Source: Bacteriovoracaceae bacterium
GTDB taxonomy: Bacteria > Bdellovibrionota > Bacteriovoracia > Bacteriovoracales > Bacteriovoracaceae
NCBI GenBank assembly: GCA_020630335.1
Contig: JAHDBN010000004.1
Coordinates: 9,258-73,257 of the forward strand
Reading direction: 5' to 3'
DNA: 64,000 nt
Part shown: piece after piece, positions 28,070-37,246 of the stretch
Numbering within the stretch: position 1 is the first letter of the stretch
Layout: each line of letters starts with the position of its first letter
Translations under genes and position numbers: made by a program
Notes under the pieces: model-generated
What the model saw: only the letters and a program-made list of their open reading frames with translations
The model's database searches: none
What the model was told of the DNA's origin: nothing

Positions 28070-29043
28070 AAAGTTTTACTAAGATTGTTGACCAGAAAAA
28101 TATTCAGATTAATAGAGTAAAGCGATAACCATAATATTGTAATGCTTCTTTTAGAACTCAAAAAAAAGCATAAAATTAGAATAATCATAAAATCAATATT
28201 GATTGCTTGAAAAAAGCTAATTATTTCAGATGAAACATTTACAATTTTATGAAAAAGAAAAGTAGGGTATGAAAAATCAGCCGAAAAAAGATAAGTATTA
28301 ATCCAGAAATTTAGAAAAATGAAAGGAAATAAAAAAGAGAAAAGAATTGTTAATAAACTTCCAATAATGGGAGCTATTAATGATACTGCTTCAAAATTGA
28401 AGTATGCGATAAGGATGTTACTAAAAAAAATGAATACGAAAGTTTCTAATCTATTTCGAGCTGAAACGATAGAGCCTATAAATAAATAACTATAGGCAAA
28501 ACTTAATGGAGAAGAGCTATAGTTGGAATTTACCAAGCTTAAAAACATCGAAAAGAGAAAAATAGAAAAAACTGAAAAATTGAGATTAAGCGATTGAATT
28601 AATGAAAATATAACTTTCATAGTAATTATTCTTTCTAGAGAATGAAACTGATCAAATCTCCATAAGAAAAACCCTAAAGAAAGCAAAACGAAATTCAAAA
28701 AAGATCTAGAGAAAAGTTTTTTTACGATAATAAAAAGAGGAAAGATGTGAATCCCTGAAGGTGTAAATAAATGTAGCAAATGTAATTTCTTATAACTCTC
28801 TTTAACGCGTTTATTTAATCCTTTTTTGTTACCAGTATTAAAAGCATTTTGGAGTCTACAAGCCTGAGTCTTACAGTTCTTAAGAGCCGGAAAATGCTTC
28901 TTTTTATATTGATAAAAAGCTTTGTTAGAAAGAGCAAAATTTTTACTTTGAAACGAAAAAAGAGTAAAACTAGAAATGAATATAAATAAATACCTCTTAT
29001 TCATAAGAATTACTATTCTTGCAATATCGAGGTATTTTTTCAT
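28063..29043 (-). CDS. Polytopic membrane protein, possibly ComEC/Rec2-core-related
   Basis: 326 aa with multiple TM helices. ..LHLLHLFTPSGIHIF.. resembles the ComEC HLLA(I/V)SGLH motif. The true start may be the internal Met (MNKRYLFIF.., about 29004). Convergent 7-nt overlap with the previous gene. Confidence 0.4.
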   Translation of the reverse strand: MKKYLDIARIVILMNKRYLFIFISSFTLFSFQSKNFALSNKAFYQYKKKHFPALKNCKTQACRLQNAFNTGNKKGLNKRVKESYKKLHLLHLFTPSGIHIFPLFIIVKKLFSRSFLNFVLLSLGFFLWRFDQFHSLERIITMKVIFSLIQSLNLNFSVFSIFLFSMFLSLVNSNYSSSPLSFAYSYLFIGSIVSARNRLETFVFIFFSNILIAYFNFEAVSLIAPIIGSLLTILFSFLFPFIFLNFWINTYLFSADFSYPTFLFHKIVNVSSEIISFFQAINIDFMIILILCFFLSSKRSITILWLSLYSINLNIFLVNNLSKTFY

Positions 29044-29051
29044 AAGGATAA

Positions 29052-29912
29052 GTGGTTAAAATGACAAAGTTAAATCATGAATTTGTAAAAAAATTTGTTC
29101 TTGAAAGTTTGAGAGAAGATGGTTTTAAAGAAAATTTTTATTATATTAATAAACTTCCTTCTGATGAAGTAGCTTGTTCTCTAAAAATTAAAAGTGATCT
29201 AGTTTTAGCGGGTCTACCTTATTTCTTTGAATGTTTTAATGTGATGCTCGAGAAGCCTTTAAATTATCAAAAATATTTAGAAAACGAAGGAAAGTTCTTT
29301 AAAGAATCAGATAGAAAAGAAATTCACTTCAATTTACCTTTTTCAGTAGCCCTTACTTTAGAAAGACTTGCTTTAAATCTTTTAAACAGAATGTCGAGTA
29401 TTGCAACTACGACAAGAGAGTTTAGTAATATTGTTAAAGATAAAGATATTAAAATTCTTGATACGAGAAAAACTACTCCAGGTTTAAGAGCATTTGAAAA
29501 ATATGCTGTAAGGATAGGAGGAGGATATAACCATCGTATGCATCAAACTGATGTTTGGATGGTGAAAGATAATCATAAGTATTTTTTTGGTGGATTAAAA
29601 CAAGCAATAGATTACTTTAAATCTATTGGAGCTTTTTACAATTCCATGGTTGTTGAAATACATGATCTCAATGAATTATCTGAAGCGATTAAACTTGGGG
29701 TTAGGCATGTGATGCTAGATAATTTTACTCCTGAGAAAATAAATGAAGCAATCAAGGTTAAACCAGCTGGTATGACTTACGAAGTCTCTGGAGGACTAAA
29801 TTTAGAAACCTTAAGTAATTATGCAATTAAAGGTGTGGATGCGATGAGTGTTGGGAGTTTAACTTATGCTCCTAAAAAAGTTGATCTGTCATTAAAATAC
29901 AAGAGGATCTAA
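29052..29912 (+). CDS. nadC: Nicotinate-nucleotide pyrophosphorylase (quinolinate phosphoribosyltransferase)
   Basis: ..ILDTRKTTPGLRAFEKYAVRIGGGYNHR.., ..VEIHDL.E...A...G...VMLDNF.., ..EVSGG.... Start is GTG 29052 or ATG 29061. Confidence 0.9.
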   Translation: MVKMTKLNHEFVKKFVLESLREDGFKENFYYINKLPSDEVACSLKIKSDLVLAGLPYFFECFNVMLEKPLNYQKYLENEGKFFKESDRKEIHFNLPFSVALTLERLALNLLNRMSSIATTTREFSNIVKDKDIKILDTRKTTPGLRAFEKYAVRIGGGYNHRMHQTDVWMVKDNHKYFFGGLKQAIDYFKSIGAFYNSMVVEIHDLNELSEAIKLGVRHVMLDNFTPEKINEAIKVKPAGMTYEVSGGLNLETLSNYAIKGVDAMSVGSLTYAPKKVDLSLKYKRI

Positions 29913-31465
29913 TGAAAACTAAATATGATATTTTAATTATAGGAACTGGCATTGCAGGATTAACTGCTGCAATTAAACTAGCAGAAAACACCAGTTTAGA
30001 AATAGGACTAATTACACGGGGAGAAAAGCCAGAAGAGAGCAATACTTATTGGGCCCAGGGTGGAATTATTTATGTTGGTTCAGAGGATAAGAAAATATCT
30101 GATGATATACAATTAGCGAGCAAGAATACATCTTATGATGAAGCTATAAAAGTTCTACTTAAAGATTCATCTAGAATTTTAAATGAAGTACTAATAGAAA
30201 AAGCTAAAACTGAGTTTAATAAAAATGAAGATGGAAGCTTGGCAATGACTCAAGAAGCCGCTCACTCGATCCCAAGAATTTTATATAATGCAGACGCTAC
30301 AGGAAAAGCTATTGAGATCTCTCTATTAAATTATATTAATGAAATCAAAAATATTTCGATACTGACTAAAATGACTGCAATTGATCTTATTACACCTGCT
30401 CATCATGGTGTTTCGATACACCAGAGATACGAAAAAGACAGGATAGTAGGAGCGTATGTTTTTGATCAAGAACAAAATAAAGTTCATAAATTCCTGGCAA
30501 AGAAAACAATACTAGCTACAGGTGGAGCAAATGCTTTATATCTTCATCATACGAATGGACTTGGGGCTCGAGGTGATGGGCATGCAATGGTCAGGCGTGC
30601 TGGTGGTGCTTTAACGAATATGGAATTTATTCAATTTCACCCCACGACTTTTTTTGGCCCTGTTGCTCAAAAGAGATTTCTTCTCACCGAAGCACTTAGA
30701 GGAGAAGGAGCTAAGCTTTTAAACCCTAAAGGTGAGCGTTTCATGAAGCGCTATCATAAAGATTTAGAGCTTGCTCCAAGAGATATTGTTTCTGATGCGA
30801 TAATGACAGAGATGATTGAAAATAAATGGGATTCAGTTTTTCTTGATATTACCCATGAATCTAGAGAGCATCTAGAAACGAGATTTCCAACTATTTTTAA
30901 TCACTTACTCAATCATAAATTAGATATGAGTAAAGATTTAATCCCAGTTGTCCCAGCAGCTCATTACACTTGTGGTGGAGTGAAAACTGATCTTGATGGA
31001 CAAACAAGTTTAAAAGATCTCTATGCCGTTGGAGAGGTTGCTTGTACGGGACTTCATGGAGTTAATAGATTAGCTTCTACTTCTTTATTAGAAGGACTAA
31101 CTTTTGGTCATAAAGCAGCAGAAAAGATTTTAACTGAAATCTCTGATAATAATTTTTATGAAGGTGAGAAAATCAAAGATTGGACTTTATCTAAAGAACA
31201 TTTTGATATGAGTCTAATTAATCAAGATAAAATGGTAATTAAGCATACAATGTGGAATTATGTCGGAATTAAAAAATCAAGAAATAGACTGCTTAGAGCG
31301 AAAGCAATGGTTAGTGAACTAAATACTCAAATTCAAAAATTTTATAAAGATGCAGTTTTGCATGATGATTTAATTGGTTTGAGAAATTCAGTTGAAGTTT
31401 GTTATATAATTATCGCTTCATCTTTAAGAGGACATCAGAGTATTAAAGAGTCAAAAGAAAAATAA
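29912..31465 (+). CDS. nadB: L-aspartate oxidase
   Basis: FAD fingerprint ..DILIIGTGIAGLTAA.., ..YWAQGGI.., ..MEFIQFHPT.., ..LTEALRGEGA.L.., ..HYTCGGV.., ..GEVACTGLHGVNRLASTSLLEG... Confidence 0.92.
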   Translation: MKTKYDILIIGTGIAGLTAAIKLAENTSLEIGLITRGEKPEESNTYWAQGGIIYVGSEDKKISDDIQLASKNTSYDEAIKVLLKDSSRILNEVLIEKAKTEFNKNEDGSLAMTQEAAHSIPRILYNADATGKAIEISLLNYINEIKNISILTKMTAIDLITPAHHGVSIHQRYEKDRIVGAYVFDQEQNKVHKFLAKKTILATGGANALYLHHTNGLGARGDGHAMVRRAGGALTNMEFIQFHPTTFFGPVAQKRFLLTEALRGEGAKLLNPKGERFMKRYHKDLELAPRDIVSDAIMTEMIENKWDSVFLDITHESREHLETRFPTIFNHLLNHKLDMSKDLIPVVPAAHYTCGGVKTDLDGQTSLKDLYAVGEVACTGLHGVNRLASTSLLEGLTFGHKAAEKILTEISDNNFYEGEKIKDWTLSKEHFDMSLINQDKMVIKHTMWNYVGIKKSRNRLLRAKAMVSELNTQIQKFYKDAVLHDDLIGLRNSVEVCYIIIASSLRGHQSIKESKEK

Positions 31466-31479
31466 TTTCTTCTGACTCT
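31447..31479. terminator. Hairpin between convergent nadB and the small basic-protein gene
   Basis: AGAGTCAAAAGAAA-AATAA-TTTCTTCTGACTCT, a 14-bp stem with one mismatch. The 5' arm lies in the last nadB codons. Confidence 0.55.
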
Positions 31480-31485
31480 TAGTTA

Positions 31486-31788
31486 TTACATTCTTCGTAT
31501 TCTAGTAGTTCTTTTTTTATGATATTTAGGGGTTGCTCCATATCTATTATAAACTTTAGTTCTTCTTATTGGCCTTGGAGAGTAGTGGTGTCTATAATGC
31601 CTTCTTCTATATTTGATAGGTTTTACATGAGATCGATAATAAGGCCTAGGTGATCTATATCGATAGCTGACATGAAAATGAGAGCTAGGGCAATACCTAT
31701 CATGAACGTGAGAGTGTGTTACAGTTGTATGGCCTGAGTTTAAAGCTCCGCCAATTAAAATACCTGTTGCTAAGATTAATGGTTCCAT
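31486..31788 (-). CDS. Small membrane-anchored, extremely basic Arg/Tyr/His/Pro-rich protein
   Basis: 100 aa. Strong RBS (AGGAGG 6 nt before the ATG on the minus strand). Hydrophobic N-terminus MEPLILATGILIGGAL, a His cluster, then a tail with SPRP repeated twice. Confidence 0.6.
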   Translation of the reverse strand: MEPLILATGILIGGALNSGHTTVTHSHVHDRYCPSSHFHVSYRYRSPRPYYRSHVKPIKYRRRHYRHHYSPRPIRRTKVYNRYGATPKYHKKRTTRIRRM

Positions 31789-31860
31789 TTAAACCTCCTA
31801 ATTTCTAGGGTTTAGAGTTTATATGCCCTCTCGGCACATTTGATAGTGTTACGCTTTGAA

Positions 31861-31889
31861 TTGATAAAAGTTTTGATCTCGGATAGAAT
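31861..31889 (+). promoter_or_regulatory. Sigma70-type promoter abutting the ECF sigma start codon
   Basis: TTGATA (31861-31866), 17-nt spacer, TAGAAT (31884-31889). Only 7 nt separate the -10 from GTG 31897, and there is no SD between them. Confidence 0.45.
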
Positions 31890-31896
31890 ATTCTAA

Positions 31897-32535
31897 GTGA
31901 CTGAATTTATTAGAAAAAGTGCTGGACTACTCTCAAAACCTTTTGGAGGTTCAGACGTAAAACATTTAAGTGATGAAGAGCTGATGTTAAAGGTCCAAGC
32001 AAACGATCAAGATGCATATAAAGTTCTTTATAATAAATACAAAAGGCCAATAATGAGCTTTGTATACAATATGATAAAAAAAGTAGATGTCACCGAAGAT
32101 TTGGTGCAAACAACTTTTTTAAAAGTATATAAAAGTCGTGGTTCTTATAGAAATCAATATAAGTTTACAACTTGGCTTTGGACTATAGCGAGAAATACGA
32201 CTTATGATTATTTACGCAAGAAAAAAGAAATATCAATTGAAGATTTTAGGTCTGAAGATGGTAAAGAATTTGATATTGAAGATAAAAGTATGGGTATTGA
32301 AGAAAAATTAGTTTTAGAGTCTGATAAAAACTTGATTTTAAAGTGCTTAGAAAAGATGAATCCTAGACAAAGAGAAGCGTTAAACTTGAGGATATTTTCA
32401 GAATCTAATTATGAGCATATAGCAGAAGTTTTAAATATTTCTCAGTCAGCAACGAAGTCTTTAATTAATAGAGCTAAGAACTCATTAATTGCTTGTGTTA
32501 AAGATTGTTTAGCTAAAGGAGAACGTCATGAGTAA
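31897..32535 (+). CDS. ECF (group 4) RNA polymerase sigma factor
   Basis: Region 2 ..DAYKVLYNKYKRPIMSFVYNMIK..DLVQTTFLKVY.. and region 4 ..REALNLRIFSESNYEHIAEVLNISQSATKSLINRAK... The start is GTG 31897 (in-frame TAA immediately upstream) or ATG 31984. Confidence 0.85.
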   Translation: MTEFIRKSAGLLSKPFGGSDVKHLSDEELMLKVQANDQDAYKVLYNKYKRPIMSFVYNMIKKVDVTEDLVQTTFLKVYKSRGSYRNQYKFTTWLWTIARNTTYDYLRKKKEISIEDFRSEDGKEFDIEDKSMGIEEKLVLESDKNLILKCLEKMNPRQREALNLRIFSESNYEHIAEVLNISQSATKSLINRAKNSLIACVKDCLAKGERHE

Positions 32536-32863
32536 AGATTTTTTTAATGGATTGAATAAAAAGCTTTCACATGAACCCAGTAAAGATTTTGATAAAGACT
32601 TTTGGAATAAGTTTAATGAGGAGTTTAACCATAAGCCAGCAAGAGTAGCTTGGTTTATGAAGTTAGTACCTGTAGGAGTATGTTCGATACTTCTTTTAGC
32701 TATTGGATTGAAATTTTCAAATATAACACCTTCTCAAAAGATTACTAAAATTAAAAACCCTGAAATTTTACAGAACTTAGATCTTTTGATGCATATTGAT
32801 GATGAAGTTTTTGAATTAGCAGAAGAAGACTTAAATGAACTTCTAGAAGAGGAAAGATCATGA
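32528..32863 (+). CDS. Putative anti-sigma factor (single-pass membrane protein)
   Basis: 111 aa, 8-nt overlap with the sigma gene, one central TM (WFMKLVPVGVCSILLLAIGL). No zinc-binding anti-sigma motif, so the call rests on position and topology only. Confidence 0.45.
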   Translation: MSKDFFNGLNKKLSHEPSKDFDKDFWNKFNEEFNHKPARVAWFMKLVPVGVCSILLLAIGLKFSNITPSQKITKIKNPEILQNLDLLMHIDDEVFELAEEDLNELLEEERS

Positions 32864-33165
32864 AGTTATTAATTTGTCTTTTATCTTGCATGGCTTTTTC
32901 TGCTTTCGCAGAATTGAGCATTGAAGAGTTTGCTAATCTTAGAGGTTTGGAGCCTTCTGAGAGAGAATTCTTAGAGAAAAAATTCATTGAATACAATAAA
33001 TTACCTCCTAAAAGAAAAGAAAAACTAGAAAAAAAGTGGAAGAAACTTCAAAATCTTCCTGAAGACAAAAGAATGATGATCAAAGAGTTATACTCTTCTC
33101 CTGAAAAAAGACAGCGAATACGTAAAAGATTGAAAAAAAGAAGATTACGACGTCAAGGGTATTAG
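32860..33165 (+). CDS. Small periplasmic, highly basic helical protein (DUF3106-like)
   Basis: Signal peptide MKLLICLLSCMAFSAFA, repeated ..LPPKRKEKLEKKWKKL..LPEDKR.. helices and an Arg/Lys tail. 4-nt overlap with the upstream gene. Such proteins often follow ECF/anti-sigma pairs. Confidence 0.45.
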   Translation: MKLLICLLSCMAFSAFAELSIEEFANLRGLEPSEREFLEKKFIEYNKLPPKRKEKLEKKWKKLQNLPEDKRMMIKELYSSPEKRQRIRKRLKKRRLRRQGY

Positions 33166-33335
33166 AGCTTTTTCATTTTTTATCCATCTTTATTCTGAAT
33201 CTTTCTTCTTATTTCTTCGTTCCTTCATTTATTTAACCCTTATTTGTATAGATTTTAGACACTGTGAAAAAAGAATAGATGTTTAATTCCATTATAAAGT
33301 CTCATGTTATAAAGACGGCGGCATTAGGAGATTTT

Positions 33336-35294
33336 ATGAATGTTTATGTAATTTTAGGGTTATTCTTTTTTAATTCAATATTTGCGATGGATGAAATTAT
33401 TCCAACTAGAACAGGGCAGAGCTTAATTAATGTTGTTAGCGAATTTAAAAGAAAAGATGCAAAAAAGAACATAAATTGGAGATTTTTTGTTTCTTATGAA
33501 GATATAGTTACTTATTATCGAGAAGTTCAACCATTATTGATTCCTACTTCATTTTCTAGAGTTATAACGAAAGATTTAAAAGAAATGAAAAAGAAATCTA
33601 GTGATTTGTTGTTTTTAGTAGATTTACATAAAATGGATATTACCCCAAGATTAAGAGAGCAACCTCTTTATCAAAAATCAATATTAGATCCAGACTTTAA
33701 TCAAAGTATTTTCTCTTTTGATGTAAATGGATTTATGAAGCAACAAGGTGAGAGTAGTTTTGTTGAAGCAAAAAATAGATATTACAAAGAAAGAGTGTTC
33801 AATGTAAAAAAGCAAAAATATGAATATGAATACTTACATTTAAACGATTGGAAATCTTTATTTTTTCCTCCTATCAAATCCATGAAGGCTAAAGGAGAGC
33901 AGTACTACTTTAAGCATGACAATAAAGTAGATTTTAAGTCTAGAATTTTAACTGAAGAGTTTAATACTAAGCTAGATAAACTTACTGATTCAGAGTTAAG
34001 TATAGGTAATAGAATAAAATTACTTCCCAATAAAGATGCATACGAAGAAAAAATGAAATTAGTTCAGAATGCGAAAAAATCAATTTTAGTAGCTGTTATG
34101 TCTATAGCATCAGATGAAAGTTCATTGAAGCTTGTAGATGCTTTAGTTAAGAAAAGCAAAGAAGGAGTAGATGTTAAAGTCATCATGGAGAGATTGTGGA
34201 CGAAGTTAGCTTTCAAAAAAACTTTAAGGAAAATGACTGATGGTGGAGTGCAAGTCGCACTAGCTGATGACATGAAACTGTTTAAAAAGAAAAAAGAAAA
34301 AGGATTATTTCATAATAAGTTTTGGGTATTTGATGAGAAAGTTGGAATAGTCGGCGGGCAGAATGTGGTTAACTCAGCGAATAGGGCATCGGGTTATAAT
34401 CATTGGAACAAAGATATTGATACTCGGATTGATGGCCCCTTAGTTGCAGATCTTATGTTGAACTTTGCTCTTTTGTGGAAAAGATATGATAAGCGAAAAA
34501 AAAGAGAGCATTATAATAGGAACGTTGGTACAGAGATTACTTATTATGAAGATAAGGCGCTAGAAAAAAGAACTGAACAAAAAAAGAACTTAAAAAGAGG
34601 ACAAAGTAATTATTCAAATTGGTTCTCTGATAAAAATTCAAGTATGAATGGAGTTTGTCGATTTGTTATACAAGGGCCACAAAATGATATAAACAGACTT
34701 TCCAAAGCTTATCTGGCTTTATTTCAACAAGCAGAAAAACATATCTTTCTTTCAAGTCAGCATATAGAGTATGAGCTAAATAAGTATATAAAAACTTCTT
34801 GGGAGACAAAAATTTTTCAGGGCCTTTACGATCTTGTCAAAAAAGATGTTCGAGTTGATCTGTTAACTAATGGAATTGATGGGGGATTTGCTGAAATTGG
34901 ACAAAATGTCGCTGAAGGGAAAAAGTCTCAAAAAAAATTAGAAAAAGTTGAACGAAAATTTAAAAAACAATATGAAGATGGAAAGAGGCCAGGAACTTTT
35001 TTATCAAGAATAAGCAATATGCTTGGATTGATGGCAACTAAAAAATATAAACCTTATTTATTAGAGTTTATTGATAGGCCTAACTTTCATGCTTGGATGA
35101 GCACGCAATATCTTCACTCAAAAACTGCATTAATAGATAATATTATGGCCTCAGTTGGAAGCTTTAATTTTGAAGGGTATTCTGCCGAGAAAAGTCATGA
35201 ATCTGCTATTTTTTGTTATGATCATGCCTTAGTTAAACAATTAAGAACTGATAATATCTTAGATATTGTAAACTCTACTCCTGTTTTAAAGTAG
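33336..35294 (+). CDS. Secreted phospholipase D-superfamily (two HKD motifs) protein, paralog 1
   Basis: ATG 33336 (AGGAG upstream) gives signal peptide MNVYVILGLFFFNSIFA. HKD motifs ..LFHNKFWVFDEKVGIVGGQNV.. and ..YLHSKTALIDNIMASVGSFNFE... Confidence 0.8.
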   Translation: MNVYVILGLFFFNSIFAMDEIIPTRTGQSLINVVSEFKRKDAKKNINWRFFVSYEDIVTYYREVQPLLIPTSFSRVITKDLKEMKKKSSDLLFLVDLHKMDITPRLREQPLYQKSILDPDFNQSIFSFDVNGFMKQQGESSFVEAKNRYYKERVFNVKKQKYEYEYLHLNDWKSLFFPPIKSMKAKGEQYYFKHDNKVDFKSRILTEEFNTKLDKLTDSELSIGNRIKLLPNKDAYEEKMKLVQNAKKSILVAVMSIASDESSLKLVDALVKKSKEGVDVKVIMERLWTKLAFKKTLRKMTDGGVQVALADDMKLFKKKKEKGLFHNKFWVFDEKVGIVGGQNVVNSANRASGYNHWNKDIDTRIDGPLVADLMLNFALLWKRYDKRKKREHYNRNVGTEITYYEDKALEKRTEQKKNLKRGQSNYSNWFSDKNSSMNGVCRFVIQGPQNDINRLSKAYLALFQQAEKHIFLSSQHIEYELNKYIKTSWETKIFQGLYDLVKKDVRVDLLTNGIDGGFAEIGQNVAEGKKSQKKLEKVERKFKKQYEDGKRPGTFLSRISNMLGLMATKKYKPYLLEFIDRPNFHAWMSTQYLHSKTALIDNIMASVGSFNFEGYSAEKSHESAIFCYDHALVKQLRTDNILDIVNSTPVLK

Positions 35295-35381
35295 AGTTTT
35301 TCGCTCAAGACAAAAATTCCTAACAAATCTAAAAATTCTATGTGCTGTTATGCTGTAGTAAACTTAACTATAGCGCGGCGC

Positions 35382-37187
35382 ATGAAAGACTTTGTATTTG
35401 TTGTTTGTTTTTTTATATCTAATGCTTTTTCCTCAATCGATCTCTTTGAAGAGTTAGTAAAAGAAAACGACTGTCACCCTAAAGTATTAAAAAGTTGTCC
35501 ACTGTACTCGGTTAAGAATAGAGGGAAGAGATTTAAGATTTCATATTCTCAACTCGTTGATTATTACAATTATATTTTGCCTGGAATAATTTTAGAGAAT
35601 ACAGAAAAATTTGTGTTAAAAAAAACAGATGGATCAATATTTTCAAATCAAAAAAAACAAGATTTAACTTTTATAGTAAATTTAAGAAAAATGCGTATCG
35701 ATCCTATCGATGATATTTCACCGGATACTATTTCAAAAATGTTCAAAGTTCATATTGAAAATTTTACGAAAGCAGTAAATGCTGAAAATTTCTTGGAAGC
35801 AAAAAGGAATTATTATGCAGAAAAAGGTTTTAATAAAAGATCTTTAAGATTTAAAAGAGATTTTTTGTTGCTCTCTGATTGGAAGTCATTGGTTCATCCA
35901 CCTGTTCGTGATCTTAAACTAAGTTCACGAGAGACAGCTTCTATTGATAGTATTGATATTGAGTTTGAGAAAAGTTTTGATGAAATAACACAAAGCTCTC
36001 TAAGTGCTGGGAATAAATTAAAACTCTTAGTGAATAAGGTATCGTATGATGAGAAAATTCGGTTAATAAACAAAGCGAAAGATTTTGTTTTACTGGCAGT
36101 TATGACTTTCGATCATAAGGGAGAAAGTGAGAGAATTATCACTGCTTTATCTGAGAAATCTAAATCAGGAATTCCTGTATATGTAATTGTAGAAAAAGTA
36201 TGGAATAAAGTAGCTTTTAATAAAACGATCAAGAGACTGAGAAAAGCTGGAGTTCAAGTTGGACTAGCAAATGATTTAATCAAATTTGGAAAATCTCAAG
36301 GATTGTTTCATTCAAAGTATTTAGTAGTTGATGGGAAAGAAGCTATTAATGGTGGACAAAACCTTGTAGCAAGGAGTCACTTAGCCACAGGTTTTAATCA
36401 TTACAACAAGGATACTGATGTTTATAGTGAGGGCCCAGTTGTCACGGAGATGGTGAAAGATTTTTCTAAGTTGTGGCAAAGATTTACCAAGGAAAATCTT
36501 GATATATCTATTTTCAAGAAATCATTAAAGCTTAGAAGTTATTACAAAAAGTTAGGATATATTGGAAGTCAAAATCATATAAAGTGGGAAAAAGATTCTT
36601 TAAAAGGTGTTTGTAGGTTTTTATCTCAAGGACCACATGGAGATAAATTTAAAATTAGTAAGGCTTACCTCGAACTTTTTAGGAATGCTGCTAATAATAT
36701 AATTTATACAAGTCAGCACATTGGTTTTAAAAAAAGAAAAAAAAATAGCTGGAGCACTCGGATACACCAGAAGCTTTTTGAAAAAGCAGAGGAAGGGATC
36801 AAGGTTAGTTTAATTACCAATGGCATTGATGGTGGATTTTTAAAACTAGGATCCTCCTCTAGACATGGAATTAAAGCCAGACTTGCTAGAATAGTTAATG
36901 GACTTACTGGATATTTAAATACATTTTTAAGAAGATCTAAGCTAGATTATGTGAGTAAGAGAGAAAACTATAATATCTGGCAACACTTTCAGTATATTCA
37001 TTCAAAAGTTGCACTGATAGATGAAAAAATAAGTGTTATTGGAAGTTATAATTTTGAATCATATTCTGCTGAGCATAGCTATGAAACAGCCCTTGTTTGC
37101 CAAGATGTAGGCTTAGCCTATGAGCTAAAGAAAGATCTTTCTTTGGATATGATGAATTCCACACCTGTATTAAACAGTACTCAGTAG
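35382..37187 (+). CDS. Secreted phospholipase D-superfamily (two HKD motifs) protein, paralog 2
   Basis: ATG 35382 gives signal peptide MKDFVFVVCFFISNAFS. HKD motifs ..LFHSKYLVVDGKEAINGGQNL.. and ..YIHSKVALIDEKISVIGSYNFE... Alignable with paralog 1 along its full length (e.g. LSDWKSLVHPP vs LNDWKSLFFPP). Confidence 0.8.
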   Translation: MKDFVFVVCFFISNAFSSIDLFEELVKENDCHPKVLKSCPLYSVKNRGKRFKISYSQLVDYYNYILPGIILENTEKFVLKKTDGSIFSNQKKQDLTFIVNLRKMRIDPIDDISPDTISKMFKVHIENFTKAVNAENFLEAKRNYYAEKGFNKRSLRFKRDFLLLSDWKSLVHPPVRDLKLSSRETASIDSIDIEFEKSFDEITQSSLSAGNKLKLLVNKVSYDEKIRLINKAKDFVLLAVMTFDHKGESERIITALSEKSKSGIPVYVIVEKVWNKVAFNKTIKRLRKAGVQVGLANDLIKFGKSQGLFHSKYLVVDGKEAINGGQNLVARSHLATGFNHYNKDTDVYSEGPVVTEMVKDFSKLWQRFTKENLDISIFKKSLKLRSYYKKLGYIGSQNHIKWEKDSLKGVCRFLSQGPHGDKFKISKAYLELFRNAANNIIYTSQHIGFKKRKKNSWSTRIHQKLFEKAEEGIKVSLITNGIDGGFLKLGSSSRHGIKARLARIVNGLTGYLNTFLRRSKLDYVSKRENYNIWQHFQYIHSKVALIDEKISVIGSYNFESYSAEHSYETALVCQDVGLAYELKKDLSLDMMNSTPVLNSTQ

Positions 37188-37246
37188 AATTTACATATTC
37201 AAACCACTTAATTTGACCTCTTTTAGCACATTCTGTAGAACAAAGC

